The notes under the pieces: generated by a model | What the model was told of the DNA's origin: nothing | Databases searched by the model: none | Seen by the model: the letters and a program-made list of their open reading frames with translations, nothing else | Part shown: positions 29,681-39,087 of the stretch, in pieces | Numbering within the stretch: the first letter of the stretch is position 1 | How the letters are laid out: the number at the start of each line of letters is the position of its first letter | Position numbers and translations under genes: made by a program | DNA from: an uncultured Chloroflexia bacterium | GTDB lineage: Bacteria > Chloroflexota > Dehalococcoidia > DSTF01 > WHTK01 | Assembly (NCBI GenBank): GCA_963768705.1 | Contig: CAVYJE010000028.1 | Span: forward strand, 90,571 to 154,570 | DNA length: 64,000 nucleotides | Direction of reading: 5' to 3'

Positions 29681-29718
29681 GTAACAACCCCGAAACAATC
29701 CTGTTACCGGCGTGAAAC
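29681..29718 (+). promoter_or_regulatory. GlnR-box-like operator: GTAAC-n6-GAAAC-n6-GTTAC-n6-GAAAC
   Basis: cGTAACaaccccGAAACaatcctGTTACcggcgtGAAACat, matching the actinobacterial GlnR a1-b1-a2-b2 consensus gTnAc-n6-GaAAc-n6-GtnAC-n6-GAAAC; lies in an AT-rich intergenic region 20-60 bp upstream of the regulator ORF. Confidence 0.5.
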
Positions 29719-29740
29719 ATCGCATACCTAGTCTCCGCAT

Positions 29741-30148
29741 GTGAGCAACTTGGTGGCGATGGGTGATGACATGACGTTCCACGAGGAGAGCAGCGATTCC
29801 GGCTCGGGAGAGCTGCAGTTAGGCAACGTCAAGGTCGATCTCGCGACATTCAAAGTAACCGTGGGCGTAAAGCCCGCAAACCTCACGTATCAGGAGTTCG
29901 AGTTGCTGCGCTACTTGGCGGACTTTCGTGATCGCGTCGTCTCGTTCGACGTGCTCAGCGGTCTGCTGTGGGGTTCTACGGGGCCAAAGGAAACCAGACG
30001 ACTTAACGTCCTCGTCTGCAGGCTCAGGTCCAAGTTACGCAACTCTTTCCCCTACCGGCTGGAGACCGTACGAGGCAGGGGGTACGGCCTTCTCGGAGGC
30101 GCCGGTGGTGGTGAGCCTGCACAGGGACGTGAAGGGGGCGCTTCTTGA
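29741..30148 (+). CDS. OmpR/PhoB-type winged-helix DNA-binding protein lacking a receiver domain (GlnR-like output domain only)
   Basis: ..LTYQEFELLRYLADFRDRVVSFDVLSGLLWGSTGPKETRRLNVLVCRLRSKLRNSFPYRLETVRGRGYGL.. = trans_reg_C fold; GTG start (the ATG alternatives at 29759 and 29771 are in frame); no upstream coding sequence for a receiver. Confidence 0.6.
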   Translation: MSNLVAMGDDMTFHEESSDSGSGELQLGNVKVDLATFKVTVGVKPANLTYQEFELLRYLADFRDRVVSFDVLSGLLWGSTGPKETRRLNVLVCRLRSKLRNSFPYRLETVRGRGYGLLGGAGGGEPAQGREGGAS

Positions 30149-30197
30149 CGAGTTCGTAGGCAGTCAGTCGGGGATAGCAAAACACACGGAGGTAAAG

Positions 30198-31638
30198 ATG
30201 CTAGAGAAAATTCTGCGATTCCGAAGGCCTCTCACCGTCTTGTCGGGAGCGGCCCTCGCGCTCGCGTTCATCGCCTCGGCGCACGCCCAGTCGGCTGAAG
30301 ACAACGCCGCGAGCATTGAGGACCTGGCAAGCGCCCTTGACCAGGCCTGGCTGATGATCGCGGCCTTCCTGGTGTTCTTCATGCAGGCCGGCTTCGCCAT
30401 GGTCGAGGCCGGGCTTCGTGCGTTCGAAGAACGTCGTCAACATTCTCATGAAGAACATCCTGGACGGGTGTGTTGGCGCAATTTCCTTCTGGGCCGTCGG
30501 TTGGGCGTTTGCCTATGGGTCTGACGGTGCCTTCATCGGCCACAGCCAGTTCTTCCTGCACGGCTTCAGCGACTACGCAAGCTGGATCTTCCAGTTCGCC
30601 TTCGCCGCAACGGCCGCGACGATCGTTTCCGGCGCCATGGCGGAGCGCACGAAGTTCCAGGCGTACCTGTTCTACAGCGTGTTCATCTCGGCCATCATCT
30701 ACCCGGTCGTCGTGCACTGGGCCTGGGGCTGCCGGCTGGCTCACCGCCTTCACGGACGACCCGATTGGCACGAACGGCTACCTGGACTTCGCCGGTTCCG
30801 GTGTCGTCCACATGGTCGGTGGCTTCGCCGGCCTCATGGGTGCGATCATCGTTGGCCCTCGCCTGGGCAAGTTCAGCAAGGGCGGCGGCGTCAACCCGAT
30901 TCCCGGCCACAACATCTCCATCGCCGTTCTCGGTATGTTCATCCTGTGGTTCGGCTGGTACGGCTTCAACCCCGGTTCCACGCTTGGCCTGAGCGGTGGC
31001 CTTGCGGCGCTGGCAGCCAAGGTTGCGGTCAACACGACGCTTGCGGCCGGTGCTGGTACCGTCGCCATGACGATCTCTGGCCGAAGTTGCGCACGGGCAA
31101 GTACGACATGGGCCTCGCGATCAACGGCGCCCTCGGCGGCCTCGTCGGCATCACGGCGCCCTGTGCTTCTGTCGACCCATGGGCCGCCGTAGTCATCGGC
31201 GTAATTGCAGCCATCGTCGTAATGTTCGGTGTCGAGTTCCTCGACAAGATCGGCATCGACGACCCGGTTGGCGCCGTGTCGGTGCACGGCTTTGCAGGCC
31301 TCTGGGGCGTCCTTTCGGTAGGTCTCTTCGCGACCCAGCAGGGTGTCCTCGACCACACCGGCGTCGAGTCCGACGTCTACGGTCTGTTCCTGGGCGGTGG
31401 CGTCGAGCAGCTCGGTATCCAGGCGCTGGGTGCTGCAGCGATCATCGTGTGGACGTGTCTTACCTCGGGCATACTCTTCCTGGTGATCAAGTACACCATC
31501 GGTCTCCGAGTCTCGGAGGAAGAAGAGCTGCGCGGTCTGGACGTGGACGAGCACGGCGTCGAGGGCTACCCGTACTTCGAGCGAGTGCCTGAGTCTGGCA
31601 TGATGTTCGTTGGCGATGGCCAGGGCGGCGGAGCGTAG
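30198..31638 (+). pseudogene. amt: ammonium transporter Amt, about 3 frameshifts (near 30415, 30735, 31080)
   Basis: Signal peptide MLEKILRFRRPLTVLSGAALALAFIASAHA; Amt segments ..WLMIAAFLVFFMQAGFAMVEAG / ..[31 protein letters not shown].. / ..[55 protein letters not shown].. / ..[35 protein letters not shown].. in alternating frames. Confidence 0.8.
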
Positions 31639-31680
31639 TCTATGTCGATACCGGACAAGGAAGCCAAGGAGTAAGTTGGC

Positions 31681-32019
31681 ATGAAAAAGATTGAAGCAAT
31701 CATCAGGCCAGAGAAGCTGAATATCGTGCATGAAGCGCTGAAGGAGCTGGGCTACCCCGGCATGACGATCAGCGAGGTCAAGGGCCACGGTGTTCAGAAG
31801 GGCATCGTCCAGCAATGGCGAGGTCGCCAGTACGCGGTCGAGTTTCTTCCGAAAGTGAAGATGGAGATCGTGGTGCCGGATGCTGCGGTGGCCCAACTTC
31901 TCCAGGTAATCAAGGAGAACGCCGAGACGGGCTCCATCGGTGACGGCAAGGCTTTCGTAATGCCGGTTGACGATGCCATGCGGCTGAGGACCGGCGAATC
32001 CGGGGACGCAGCGCTCTAG
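31681..32019 (+). CDS. glnK: nitrogen regulatory protein P-II
   Basis: MKKIEAIIRPEKLNIVHEALKELGYPGMTISEVKGHG.QKG....RG..Y.VEFLPKVKMEIVV; 112 aa; immediately downstream of amt. Confidence 0.9.
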   Translation: MKKIEAIIRPEKLNIVHEALKELGYPGMTISEVKGHGVQKGIVQQWRGRQYAVEFLPKVKMEIVVPDAAVAQLLQVIKENAETGSIGDGKAFVMPVDDAMRLRTGESGDAAL

Positions 32020-32041
32020 CGAACCCGAAGCGCCTTTAGTA

Positions 32042-32076
32042 AGAGAGGGAGGTCTCACAGGCCTCCCTCTCTTCTT
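32042..32076. terminator. intrinsic terminator after glnK (bidirectional position between convergent genes)
   Basis: AGAGAGGGAGG-tctcacagg-CCTCCCTCTCT followed by TCTT. Confidence 0.7.
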
Positions 32077-32084
32077 GCCCGAAG

Positions 32085-32767
32085 CTAGAGCAGGGCTTCG
32101 ATTGCCGTCAGGATGTCCGCGGCGTCGTGTACTTCGGCGTCTGGGATTTCGTCCCAAGACCGAGGTTGTTGGGCGATGTGACGCCCGGTGCGCAAGAGCA
32201 CCGCGCGCATGCCCAGGAGCTTCGCCGGCACGACGTCGTTGTCGATGCGGTCACCGACCATGAGGCACTCCTCCGGCGCCACACCGAGGTCCTCGCAGGC
32301 GCGGAGGAAGAGGCGCACGTCCGGCTTACGGAAGCCGTAGACGCCGCTGATGCCCTGGTTTTCAAAGTAGTGCGCGATGCCATGTCGCTCCAGTCGCTGG
32401 AGCACGGCGGCGGGCTGGTTGGCCGCGAGGCCGAGCTTGAGCCCGCGTCTTTTGAGCGCCGCTAGGACCTCGGCGATGCCGGGTCGCAGCTCGAAGAAGT
32501 CTCGTTCGTGACTCGTACGCTCCATCCACTCGTAAATGCGCTCGCTGGCCTCGTGGTTGCCGCCAGTCAGGCGCCAGATCACGGCGCGGTAGACACTCGG
32601 GGCGAAGGAGTCGACGGCGTACCGGTTCGCGGCCGCCCACGCTTCTTCGTCAACCACGAAGCCCTCGCGGGCCAAGCCCTGCGCGAATGTCGGCGTCGAT
32701 CGCCGCTTCGTGCGCGATCTCGAGGTCGAGCGGCCCGCCGACGTCGAAAAGCACGGCGCGAATCATG
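32085..32767 (-). pseudogene. HAD-family hydrolase, one frameshift near 32680
   Basis: N-terminus MIRAVLFDVGGPLDLEIAHEAAIDADIRAG in one frame (32680-32767), then ..LAREGFVVDEEAW....LGLAANQP....MVGDRIDNDVVPAKLLGMRAVLL.. in a second. Confidence 0.65.
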
Positions 32768-32775
32768 AATGCGAG

Positions 32776-33200
32776 CGCCCCAGGTACCCGATGCGTTCTC
32801 GATGGGATAGGGCGAAGTCGAAGTGTTCCAGTACGTCCAGGCCGATGAGGTTGCCGAAGGTCAACTCAACCTCGGGCGCGAATGCTGCTTCAACCGTGAT
32901 CTGGAGGTCGGGCTCATCCAGCAACATGATGGTCAACTCGGCGAAGTCTAGCCTCCCTGATCAGGCCACCAAGGCCTGACAGGCTAGTGGAGGGCTGACT
33001 TTGCAGCTGCAAGCCGAGTTCAATGGCCAGACGTTCGTCGAACAAACTGAGATCTGCGCCGGTATCGATGAGAGCCTCGGTGGCAACACGAGTGCCGGCG
33101 AAGGAAACTAGGGTGACGGGGACAACAGGCTCGCGAAAGTAGACGAATTCGTGCGGGAACCCCAGGTTCAGCGGATCATCCTTATGCCCTGGTACTCGCG
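32776..33200 (-). pseudogene. retropepsin-like (clan AA) aspartic peptidase, one frameshift near 32925; start uncertain
   Basis: ..PVTLVSFAGTRVATEALIDTGADLSLFDERLAIELGL..; the C-terminal continuation ..LLDEPDLQITVEAAFAPEVELTFGNLIGLDVLEHFDFALSHRERIGYL.. is in another frame; the upstream part of the track ORF overlaps the DUF5678 gene by ~150 nt. Confidence 0.5.
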
Positions 33201-33404
33201 CCGTCGAATGCCCGTGATGAGGGCATGGGGATATCCCTTTTGCTCTGCTTCTTCCCGAACTGCGCTGGGGGTAGAACCTGTCGCAATCAGCTCTTCGCCC
33301 GCGACGGCAATCCACTGGCCTGCATGCTTAGCCCAGAGGTAATCGCGATTCTTCTGAATCCAGACAACTTCGGTATTCTCGTGCCGAATCGGGTCAATGC
33401 TCAC
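33168..33404 (-). CDS. DUF5678-like small protein
   Basis: ..NRDYLWAKHAGQWIAVAGEELIATGSTPSAVREEAEQKGYPHALI.. resembles DUF5678 (..YAGKWVAL.G..LI.HG....V..EA...G...PF.); 78 aa. Confidence 0.45.
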   Translation of the reverse strand: MSIDPIRHENTEVVWIQKNRDYLWAKHAGQWIAVAGEELIATGSTPSAVREEAEQKGYPHALITGIRRREYQGIRMIR

Positions 33405-33445
33405 TTGCTAAAGATACCTCACCTACGAGCTCTTTCCAACGTCGA

Positions 33446-33652
33446 TTACGCCGAGGGGTTGTGGCGCATGCCCATGTACACGCCTCCCTGGGCCAATTCG
33501 TCGAGCATCTGGTGCAGGCGCTTCGAGCGAGTTTCTGGACGTTTAGCGCGCGTGATCCAGCCGAGGTAGTCGTTGCGCTGGTATGCGGGGCGCGCTTCGT
33601 ACGCCGACATTAGGTCTCGCGAAACAAGGGCCTGCTGGATGTCGTCAGGCAT
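33446..33652 (-). pseudogene. C-terminal fragment of a YdeI/OmpD-associated family protein
   Basis: ..AYQRNDYLGWITRAKRPETRSKRLHQMLDELAQG.. matches the C-terminus of that ~190-aa family, but only 68 codons are open. Confidence 0.4.
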
Positions 33653-33693
33653 GGGGTTCAGTGGGCGCTGGAGGTGGGACGGCGAGCTCGTGG

Positions 33694-34311
33694 CTAGACC
33701 TCCTGGCGGCTCTCCAGGGCGCGGGCGAGCGTGAGGTCGTCGGCGTATTCGAGGTCGCCGCCCATGGGCAGGCCGCGGGCGAGGCGCGTGACGCGCACGC
33801 CAAGGGGCTGGAGGAGGCGGCTGACGTACATCGTCGTGGCTTCGCCCTCCAGGTTCGGGTTCGTGGCCATGATCACCTCGGTGACGCTGCCGTCGCGCAG
33901 GCGTTCAAGGAGCTCACGGATCTTGAGCTGCTCCGGGCCGATGCCCTCCATGGGCGAGATCGAGCCGTGGAGGACGTGGTAAAGCCCGCGATGGCCCCGG
34001 GTGCGCTCGATGGCGAGGATGTCGAGCGGCTCCTCGACGACGCAGATCACGCTGCGGTCGCGGGCGTCGTCGCTGCAGGTCAGGCAGGGCTCGACGTCTG
34101 TCGTGTTCTGGCAGACCGAACAGAGCTTGATCTTCTCTTTGACCTCGAGGATGGCTTCGGCGAGGGCCTGAGCCTCTTCCTGGGTGGAGCGGAGGATGTG
34201 GTAGGCAAGCCGCTGGGCGCTCTTGGGGCCGATGCCGGGCAGACGGTGCAGCTCCTCGATCAGGCGTGCGACCGGTGCGGCGGCTCCGGAAGGGCGCCAG
34301 GGCTCGTTCAC
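33694..34311 (-). CDS. recR: recombination protein RecR
   Basis: HhH ([15 protein letters not shown]), C4 zinc finger ([16 protein letters not shown]), Toprim ([17 protein letters not shown]). Confidence 0.9.
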   Translation of the reverse strand: MNEPWRPSGAAAPVARLIEELHRLPGIGPKSAQRLAYHILRSTQEEAQALAEAILEVKEKIKLCSVCQNTTDVEPCLTCSDDARDRSVICVVEEPLDILAIERTRGHRGLYHVLHGSISPMEGIGPEQLKIRELLERLRDGSVTEVIMATNPNLEGEATTMYVSRLLQPLGVRVTRLARGLPMGGDLEYADDLTLARALESRQEV

Positions 34312-34315
34312 GGCG

Positions 34316-34696
34316 CTATCGCTTGCCGGCGCGACGGGCGGCGCGGTTCATGGGCGGAGGCGTGCCGCCATCGGCGCCGGGGGCACCGAGACCGGGGATG
34401 CCGAGGCCGCCAAGGTCCGGCATGGCGCCACCCATACCTTCGGCATGGAAGGCCTGCACCTGCGTCAGCGCCTCGTTGACGGCGGCCGTGACCAAGTCTT
34501 CGAGCATGCTCATGTCGTCCGGGTCGACCACGTCGGGCTCGATGTGGAGCGACTTCACTTTATAGCCGCCGGTGATCTCGACCTCGACGGCGCCGCCACC
34601 GGCCGTGCCCTTGGCGACGCGGTTCTCGATCTCCTCCTGGGCCTTCGCGAGCTGCTCCTGCATCTCGGCCAATCGCTTGAGCATGTCCTGGTTCAT
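34316..34696 (-). CDS. ybaB: YbaB/EbfC nucleoid-associated protein
   Basis: [19 protein letters not shown]....[41 protein letters not shown]. Confidence 0.85.
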   Translation of the reverse strand: MNQDMLKRLAEMQEQLAKAQEEIENRVAKGTAGGGAVEVEITGGYKVKSLHIEPDVVDPDDMSMLEDLVTAAVNEALTQVQAFHAEGMGGAMPDLGGLGIPGLGAPGADGGTPPPMNRAARRAGKR

Positions 34697-36606
34697 CGTT
34701 GTCCCTCTGGTCCCGCCTCGTCCGGTCCTGTCCGTACTACTTGAGCGCCCATCTCCTGCGCAGCCCGCACCAGCGGGTTATCGCGGCCGCGGGAGCTGGC
34801 TTCGCGCTGCGTCCATGCCACAACATCTTCGGCAACTTCGCAGCGCACCATGACCTCGCGGCCCAGTACCTCACTGACGACGCGGGTCAGGGTCTCCAGG
34901 TTCTGCTTCTCAGACGCCTTGATGGCGTGAAACTCGTGCCGGAAGCCCAGAACGATGACGCTCTCGTCAGATTGAATGATATCGCAGCCGCCATTGAGCA
35001 GGGCGCCGAGTTGGAAGCCGACGGCCTTCGCCTTCTCGTAGATCGGGCGCATGGACTCTCGGGCCTCGGCCAGACCGGCGCCGACGGGCGTAGGTGCAGC
35101 CGTGGGGGAAGCGGGAGGCGGTTCGGGCGCGACTTGAGGAGCCGGCGGAGGCTCTTCAGCTTTCGGGGCCGACGTGGCCGAGCCGTTGGTGGGCGTCGCA
35201 GTCGCCGGTTCGCCGAGGGGCGGTACTTCGTCCAGCCATGGCGGAGGCACCGGCAGGTTGTCTTCGGGCGTTGGGCGACTCGGTGCTGCGGAGGCGGCTG
35301 CGCCAGTGGTGTTGGGCGCTTCGCGGCCTGCGACAGGCTCCGGGCGAACGGATGAAGGCGCGGCAGGCTCGGGGCGAGCGGTTGGAGTTGCAGCAGGCTC
35401 GGGGCGCGCTGGGGGAGGAGGTGCGACTTCCCGGGGCGGAGGTGGGGGCGCTGAGGGCGCTGCCCGTTGGGTGACGGGCTGGCTGCTCGGCTGGGCGACG
35501 GCTGCCGGCGCGCTTGATTGTTTGATTGTTTTCTCATCCCGTAAAACGCAGTCGGCGAGGGCGATGTCGAGGGGAAGGGTGGAGTTGGGGTCCTGCTTGA
35601 GGTCGGCTTCACCGAAGGCCTTGAGAGCCGTGAGGATCTGGGCCGTCGGGATCTCGGCGCTGGCGCTGCGCAGCTCCTGCAGGCGTTCCTCGGTGGCGCC
35701 TTCGGCCGGGGCGAGGCCGGACTTGACCATGAGGAGCTCTCGCAGCTCGTCGATGAGCTCTTTCTGGAACTGGCGCAGGTCGAGGCCGTCGTCGCGCACG
35801 GCGGCGATAAGCTCAAGGCCGCCTGCGAGATCGCCGCCCAGGACGACGCGGGCGAGCTGGGCCACACGCTCGTCGGCGATGAGGCCGAGGCCGGCCCGAA
35901 CGCGATCTACGGTGAGCTCGCCGCCGTAAGAGGTAGCGAGCTGGTCGAGGAGGTTGGTGCCGTCGCGCAGAGAGCCCGTGGCCTGGCGGGCGATGAGCTC
36001 CAGGGCCTCCGAGTCCGCCTTGATGTTCTCGCCTTCGCAGATCGTCTGGAGGCGGGCCATGGCGGCGCCGAGGGGAATGCGCTTGAAATCGAAGCGCTGG
36101 CATCGGGAGGCGATGGTGGCGGGGAGCTTGTGGGCTTCCGTGGTGGCGAGGATGAAGACGACGTGGGGCGGCGGCTCCTCCAGGGTCTTGAGGAGGGCGT
36201 TGAAGGCCGCGTCCGTGAGCATGTGGACTTCGTCGATGAGGTAGACCTTGTAGTCGCCGGCGCCGGGGGCGAAGGCGACCTTGTCACGCAGGCTGCGGAT
36301 CTCATCGATGCCGCGGTTGCTGGCGGCGTCGAGCTCGATGAGGTCCATGGCGCGGCCGGCGAGGAAGGACTGACAGCTCTCACACTGGTTGCAGGGCTCG
36401 CCGTCCTGGCGGTCGGTGCAGTTGAGGGCCTTGGCGAGAAGGCGGCCGGTGCTGGTCTTACCGGTGCCGCGCGAGCCGGAGAACAGGTAGGCATGCGCCA
36501 CCCGGCCGGTCGCAAGCGCGTTCTTGAGGGTGGTGGCGACGTGTTCCTGGCCCGCGACCTCGTTGAAGCGGGTGGGGCGCCATTTTCGGTAAAGGATCTC
36601 GGTCAT
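34693..36606 (-). CDS. dnaX: DNA polymerase III subunits gamma/tau
   Basis: AAA+ clamp-loader Walker A GSRGTGKTS; zinc module CTDRQDGEPCNQCESC; DEVH; Pro/Ala-rich tau linker; dnaX-ybaB-recR synteny. Confidence 0.9.
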   Translation of the reverse strand: MTEILYRKWRPTRFNEVAGQEHVATTLKNALATGRVAHAYLFSGSRGTGKTSTGRLLAKALNCTDRQDGEPCNQCESCQSFLAGRAMDLIELDAASNRGIDEIRSLRDKVAFAPGAGDYKVYLIDEVHMLTDAAFNALLKTLEEPPPHVVFILATTEAHKLPATIASRCQRFDFKRIPLGAAMARLQTICEGENIKADSEALELIARQATGSLRDGTNLLDQLATSYGGELTVDRVRAGLGLIADERVAQLARVVLGGDLAGGLELIAAVRDDGLDLRQFQKELIDELRELLMVKSGLAPAEGATEERLQELRSASAEIPTAQILTALKAFGEADLKQDPNSTLPLDIALADCVLRDEKTIKQSSAPAAVAQPSSQPVTQRAAPSAPPPPPREVAPPPPARPEPAATPTARPEPAAPSSVRPEPVAGREAPNTTGAAASAAPSRPTPEDNLPVPPPWLDEVPPLGEPATATPTNGSATSAPKAEEPPPAPQVAPEPPPASPTAAPTPVGAGLAEARESMRPIYEKAKAVGFQLGALLNGGCDIIQSDESVIVLGFRHEFHAIKASEKQNLETLTRVVSEVLGREVMVRCEVAEDVVAWTQREASSRGRDNPLVRAAQEMGAQVVRTGPDEAGPEGQR

Positions 36607-36850
36607 GGTCGGGCGCTGCGGGGGTAGCAGGGCATCGGGTTGCTCCGGTGGTCTCGTAACGGTTCTGAGGGCCAGTTTAGCGCATGAGGGTTGAGGGTGA
36701 GGTCTTTCAGTGCCCCTTGACGCCAGACTAGTACATCTGTCCTAATACTGCTAGATGTTTTCACAGCTTGCTTATGGCTAAAGCGCTTCATCGATTAAGC
36801 GCGATACAATAGGTCAACTTCAAGAGCAGATTGCGAGTAACCGCCCCGTC

Positions 36851-39031
36851 ATGACCACCGCCGAAGCCCTGTCCGCCAAGACTGCCCTGCCTTCGATCAC
36901 CGACGTGTTGTCCCGCTACTGGGGCTACAAGAGCCTGCGGCCGCTGCAGAGCGATGCCATCGATGCGGGGGTGATGCAGCGGGACTCGCTGGTGGTGCTG
37001 CCGACGGGCGGGGGCAAGTCGTTGTGCTACCAGATCCCGCCGGTGGTGGCGGGGCGTACGGACGTGGTGGTGTCGCCGCTGATCTCGCTGATGAAGGACC
37101 AGGTGGACGCGCTGCGGGCGAACGGCTACGAGGCGGCGGCGATGCACAGCGGTATCACCGAGCAGGAGCGCTCCGACATCGTGCGGGCGCTGATGGCGGG
37201 GAAGCTGAAGCTGCTGTTCGTTTCGCCGGAGCGGCTGCTGAACCCGTGGTTTATCACGCTGATGAAGCGGGCGCAGGTCACGAGCTTCGCGATCGATGAG
37301 GCGCACTGTATCTCGCAGTGGGGCCACGACTTCCGGCCGGAGTACCGGCGGTTGGCGGAGCTGCGGGAGCACTTCCCGGAGGCGAGCATCCACGCCTTCA
37401 CGGCGACGGCGACGGAGCGCGTGCGCCAGGACATCATCGAGCAGCTCAAGCTCAAAGACGAGAACGTCCTGGTGGGTCGCTTCGACCGGCCGAACCTGAG
37501 CTATCGCGTCATGGCGCGGGCGAACATCGACGCGCAGCTTGTGGAAGCGGTACAGGCGCACAAGGACGAGGCCGTGATCATCTACTGCATCAGTCGCGCC
37601 GACACGGAGCGTGTGGCCGAGGTGCTGAAGGCGAAAGGGATCAAGGCGGCGCCGTACCACGCCGGCCTCGACGCCAAGACGCGCGCGCGCACGCAGGAGG
37701 CGTTCACGGCCGAGAAGCTGGATGTGGTCGTGGCGACCGTGGCGTTCGGCATGGGCATCGACCGCAGCAACGTGCGGTGCGTGATCCACGCCGCGATGCC
37801 GAAGTCGTTGGAGCACTACCAGCAGGAGACGGGCCGAGCCGGTCGAGACGGGCTGGAAGCCGAGTGCGTGCTGTTCTTCGGCAACGGCGATTACCGGCGA
37901 TGGGAATCGCTGATGAACCGCAGCGCGGCGGAAACGGGGCAACCGGCCGAGTTCACGCAGGCGCAGCTGGCGCTGGTGAGCGAGATGTACAACTTCGCGA
38001 GCGCGCAGGTGTGCCGCCACAAGCAGCTCTCCGAGTACTTCGGCCAGGCGTACACGGAAACGAACTGCAAAGCGTGCGACGTCTGTCTCTCCGACGCGCC
38101 CGACATGGCCGATGGCAACGAGATCGCGCAGGAGGTCATTGGCTGCGTGCAGGGGCTGCGGGTGCCGTACGGCGTCGGCTACGTGGTCGACGTGCTGCGC
38201 GGCTCCAACTCGGAGCGCATCGAATCGCGGCATCACGACAAGCTGCCGCAGTTCGGGTCGTTGAAGGCGCTTTCGAAGGAGCACCTGCAGAAGCTCGTGT
38301 ATCAGATGGTGGGCACGGGGCTGCTGGAGCGCACGGAGGGCGACCGTCCCGTGCTGCTGGTGACCGAGGAGGGCCGCAAGGTGGGGGCGGGCAAGGCGGA
38401 AGCGCGCCTGAAGACGCCTCTGGTCGCCGCGGCGACGAAGTCAGACGAGAGCGAGGGCTGGCGCGGCGTCGACCGCAGCCTGTTCGGCGCCCTGCGAGAG
38501 CTGCGACGGGCGATCGCCGAGGAGCGCGACGTGCCTCCGTTCGTCGTGTTCAGCGACACGGTGCTGCGCGACATGGCGCGGGCGCGCCCGAAGACGCTGG
38601 AGGACCTGCGAGGGATAAAGGGCGTGGGCGAGAAGAAGCTGGCCGACCTGGGCGCCCGGTTCCTCGATGCGATCGCGACCTGGGTGCGGGAACATCCACC
38701 GTTGCCGCAGTCCGTGCATCGCACGGCGGCAACGGGCAACGTCTCGAAGACGACGGCCTTCCAGCTGTTCGATGAGGGGAGCTCGCTGGATGACGTGGCG
38801 GCGAAGACGGGTCGTTCTCGCAGCACGATCTCGTCGTACCTCGAGGACTACGTGGCGGAGCGCAAGCCTGAGAGCGTATCGCCGTGGGTGGACGAGGTGA
38901 CGTACGCGCGAGTGCGGTCGGCTGCGGAGCGCACTCCGGGCACGTTCCTCAAGCCGGTGTTCGAGGCGCTGAACGGCGCCGTGAGCTACGACGACATCCG
39001 GGTGGTGATGAAGCACGCGGGGATCCGGTAG
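36851..39031 (+). CDS. recQ: ATP-dependent DNA helicase RecQ
   Basis: DEAH (FAIDEAHCISQWGHDFRPEY), helicase C, RQC zinc motif CRHKQLSEYFG....CKACDVC, C-terminal HRDC. Confidence 0.9.
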   Translation: MTTAEALSAKTALPSITDVLSRYWGYKSLRPLQSDAIDAGVMQRDSLVVLPTGGGKSLCYQIPPVVAGRTDVVVSPLISLMKDQVDALRANGYEAAAMHSGITEQERSDIVRALMAGKLKLLFVSPERLLNPWFITLMKRAQVTSFAIDEAHCISQWGHDFRPEYRRLAELREHFPEASIHAFTATATERVRQDIIEQLKLKDENVLVGRFDRPNLSYRVMARANIDAQLVEAVQAHKDEAVIIYCISRADTERVAEVLKAKGIKAAPYHAGLDAKTRARTQEAFTAEKLDVVVATVAFGMGIDRSNVRCVIHAAMPKSLEHYQQETGRAGRDGLEAECVLFFGNGDYRRWESLMNRSAAETGQPAEFTQAQLALVSEMYNFASAQVCRHKQLSEYFGQAYTETNCKACDVCLSDAPDMADGNEIAQEVIGCVQGLRVPYGVGYVVDVLRGSNSERIESRHHDKLPQFGSLKALSKEHLQKLVYQMVGTGLLERTEGDRPVLLVTEEGRKVGAGKAEARLKTPLVAAATKSDESEGWRGVDRSLFGALRELRRAIAEERDVPPFVVFSDTVLRDMARARPKTLEDLRGIKGVGEKKLADLGARFLDAIATWVREHPPLPQSVHRTAATGNVSKTTAFQLFDEGSSLDDVAAKTGRSRSTISSYLEDYVAERKPESVSPWVDEVTYARVRSAAERTPGTFLKPVFEALNGAVSYDDIRVVMKHAGIR

Positions 39032-39040
39032 CGGGCGAGT

Positions 39041-39068
39041 TTTCAGTTTTCAGTTTTCAGTTATCAGT
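39041..39068. repeat. heptamer tandem repeat (TTTTCAG x3 + TTATCAG)
   Basis: gttttcagttttcagttttcagttatcagttc immediately after the recQ stop. Confidence 0.55.
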
Positions 39069-39087
39069 TCTTGGCAATCGCCACCTC

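Noticed and set aside
36607-36850. SRP RNA (ffs) upstream of dnaX, as in many bacteria
   Set aside because: No domain-IV signature (GGAAG...CAGC hairpin) could be found on either strand. The region reads as a divergent promoter region only.
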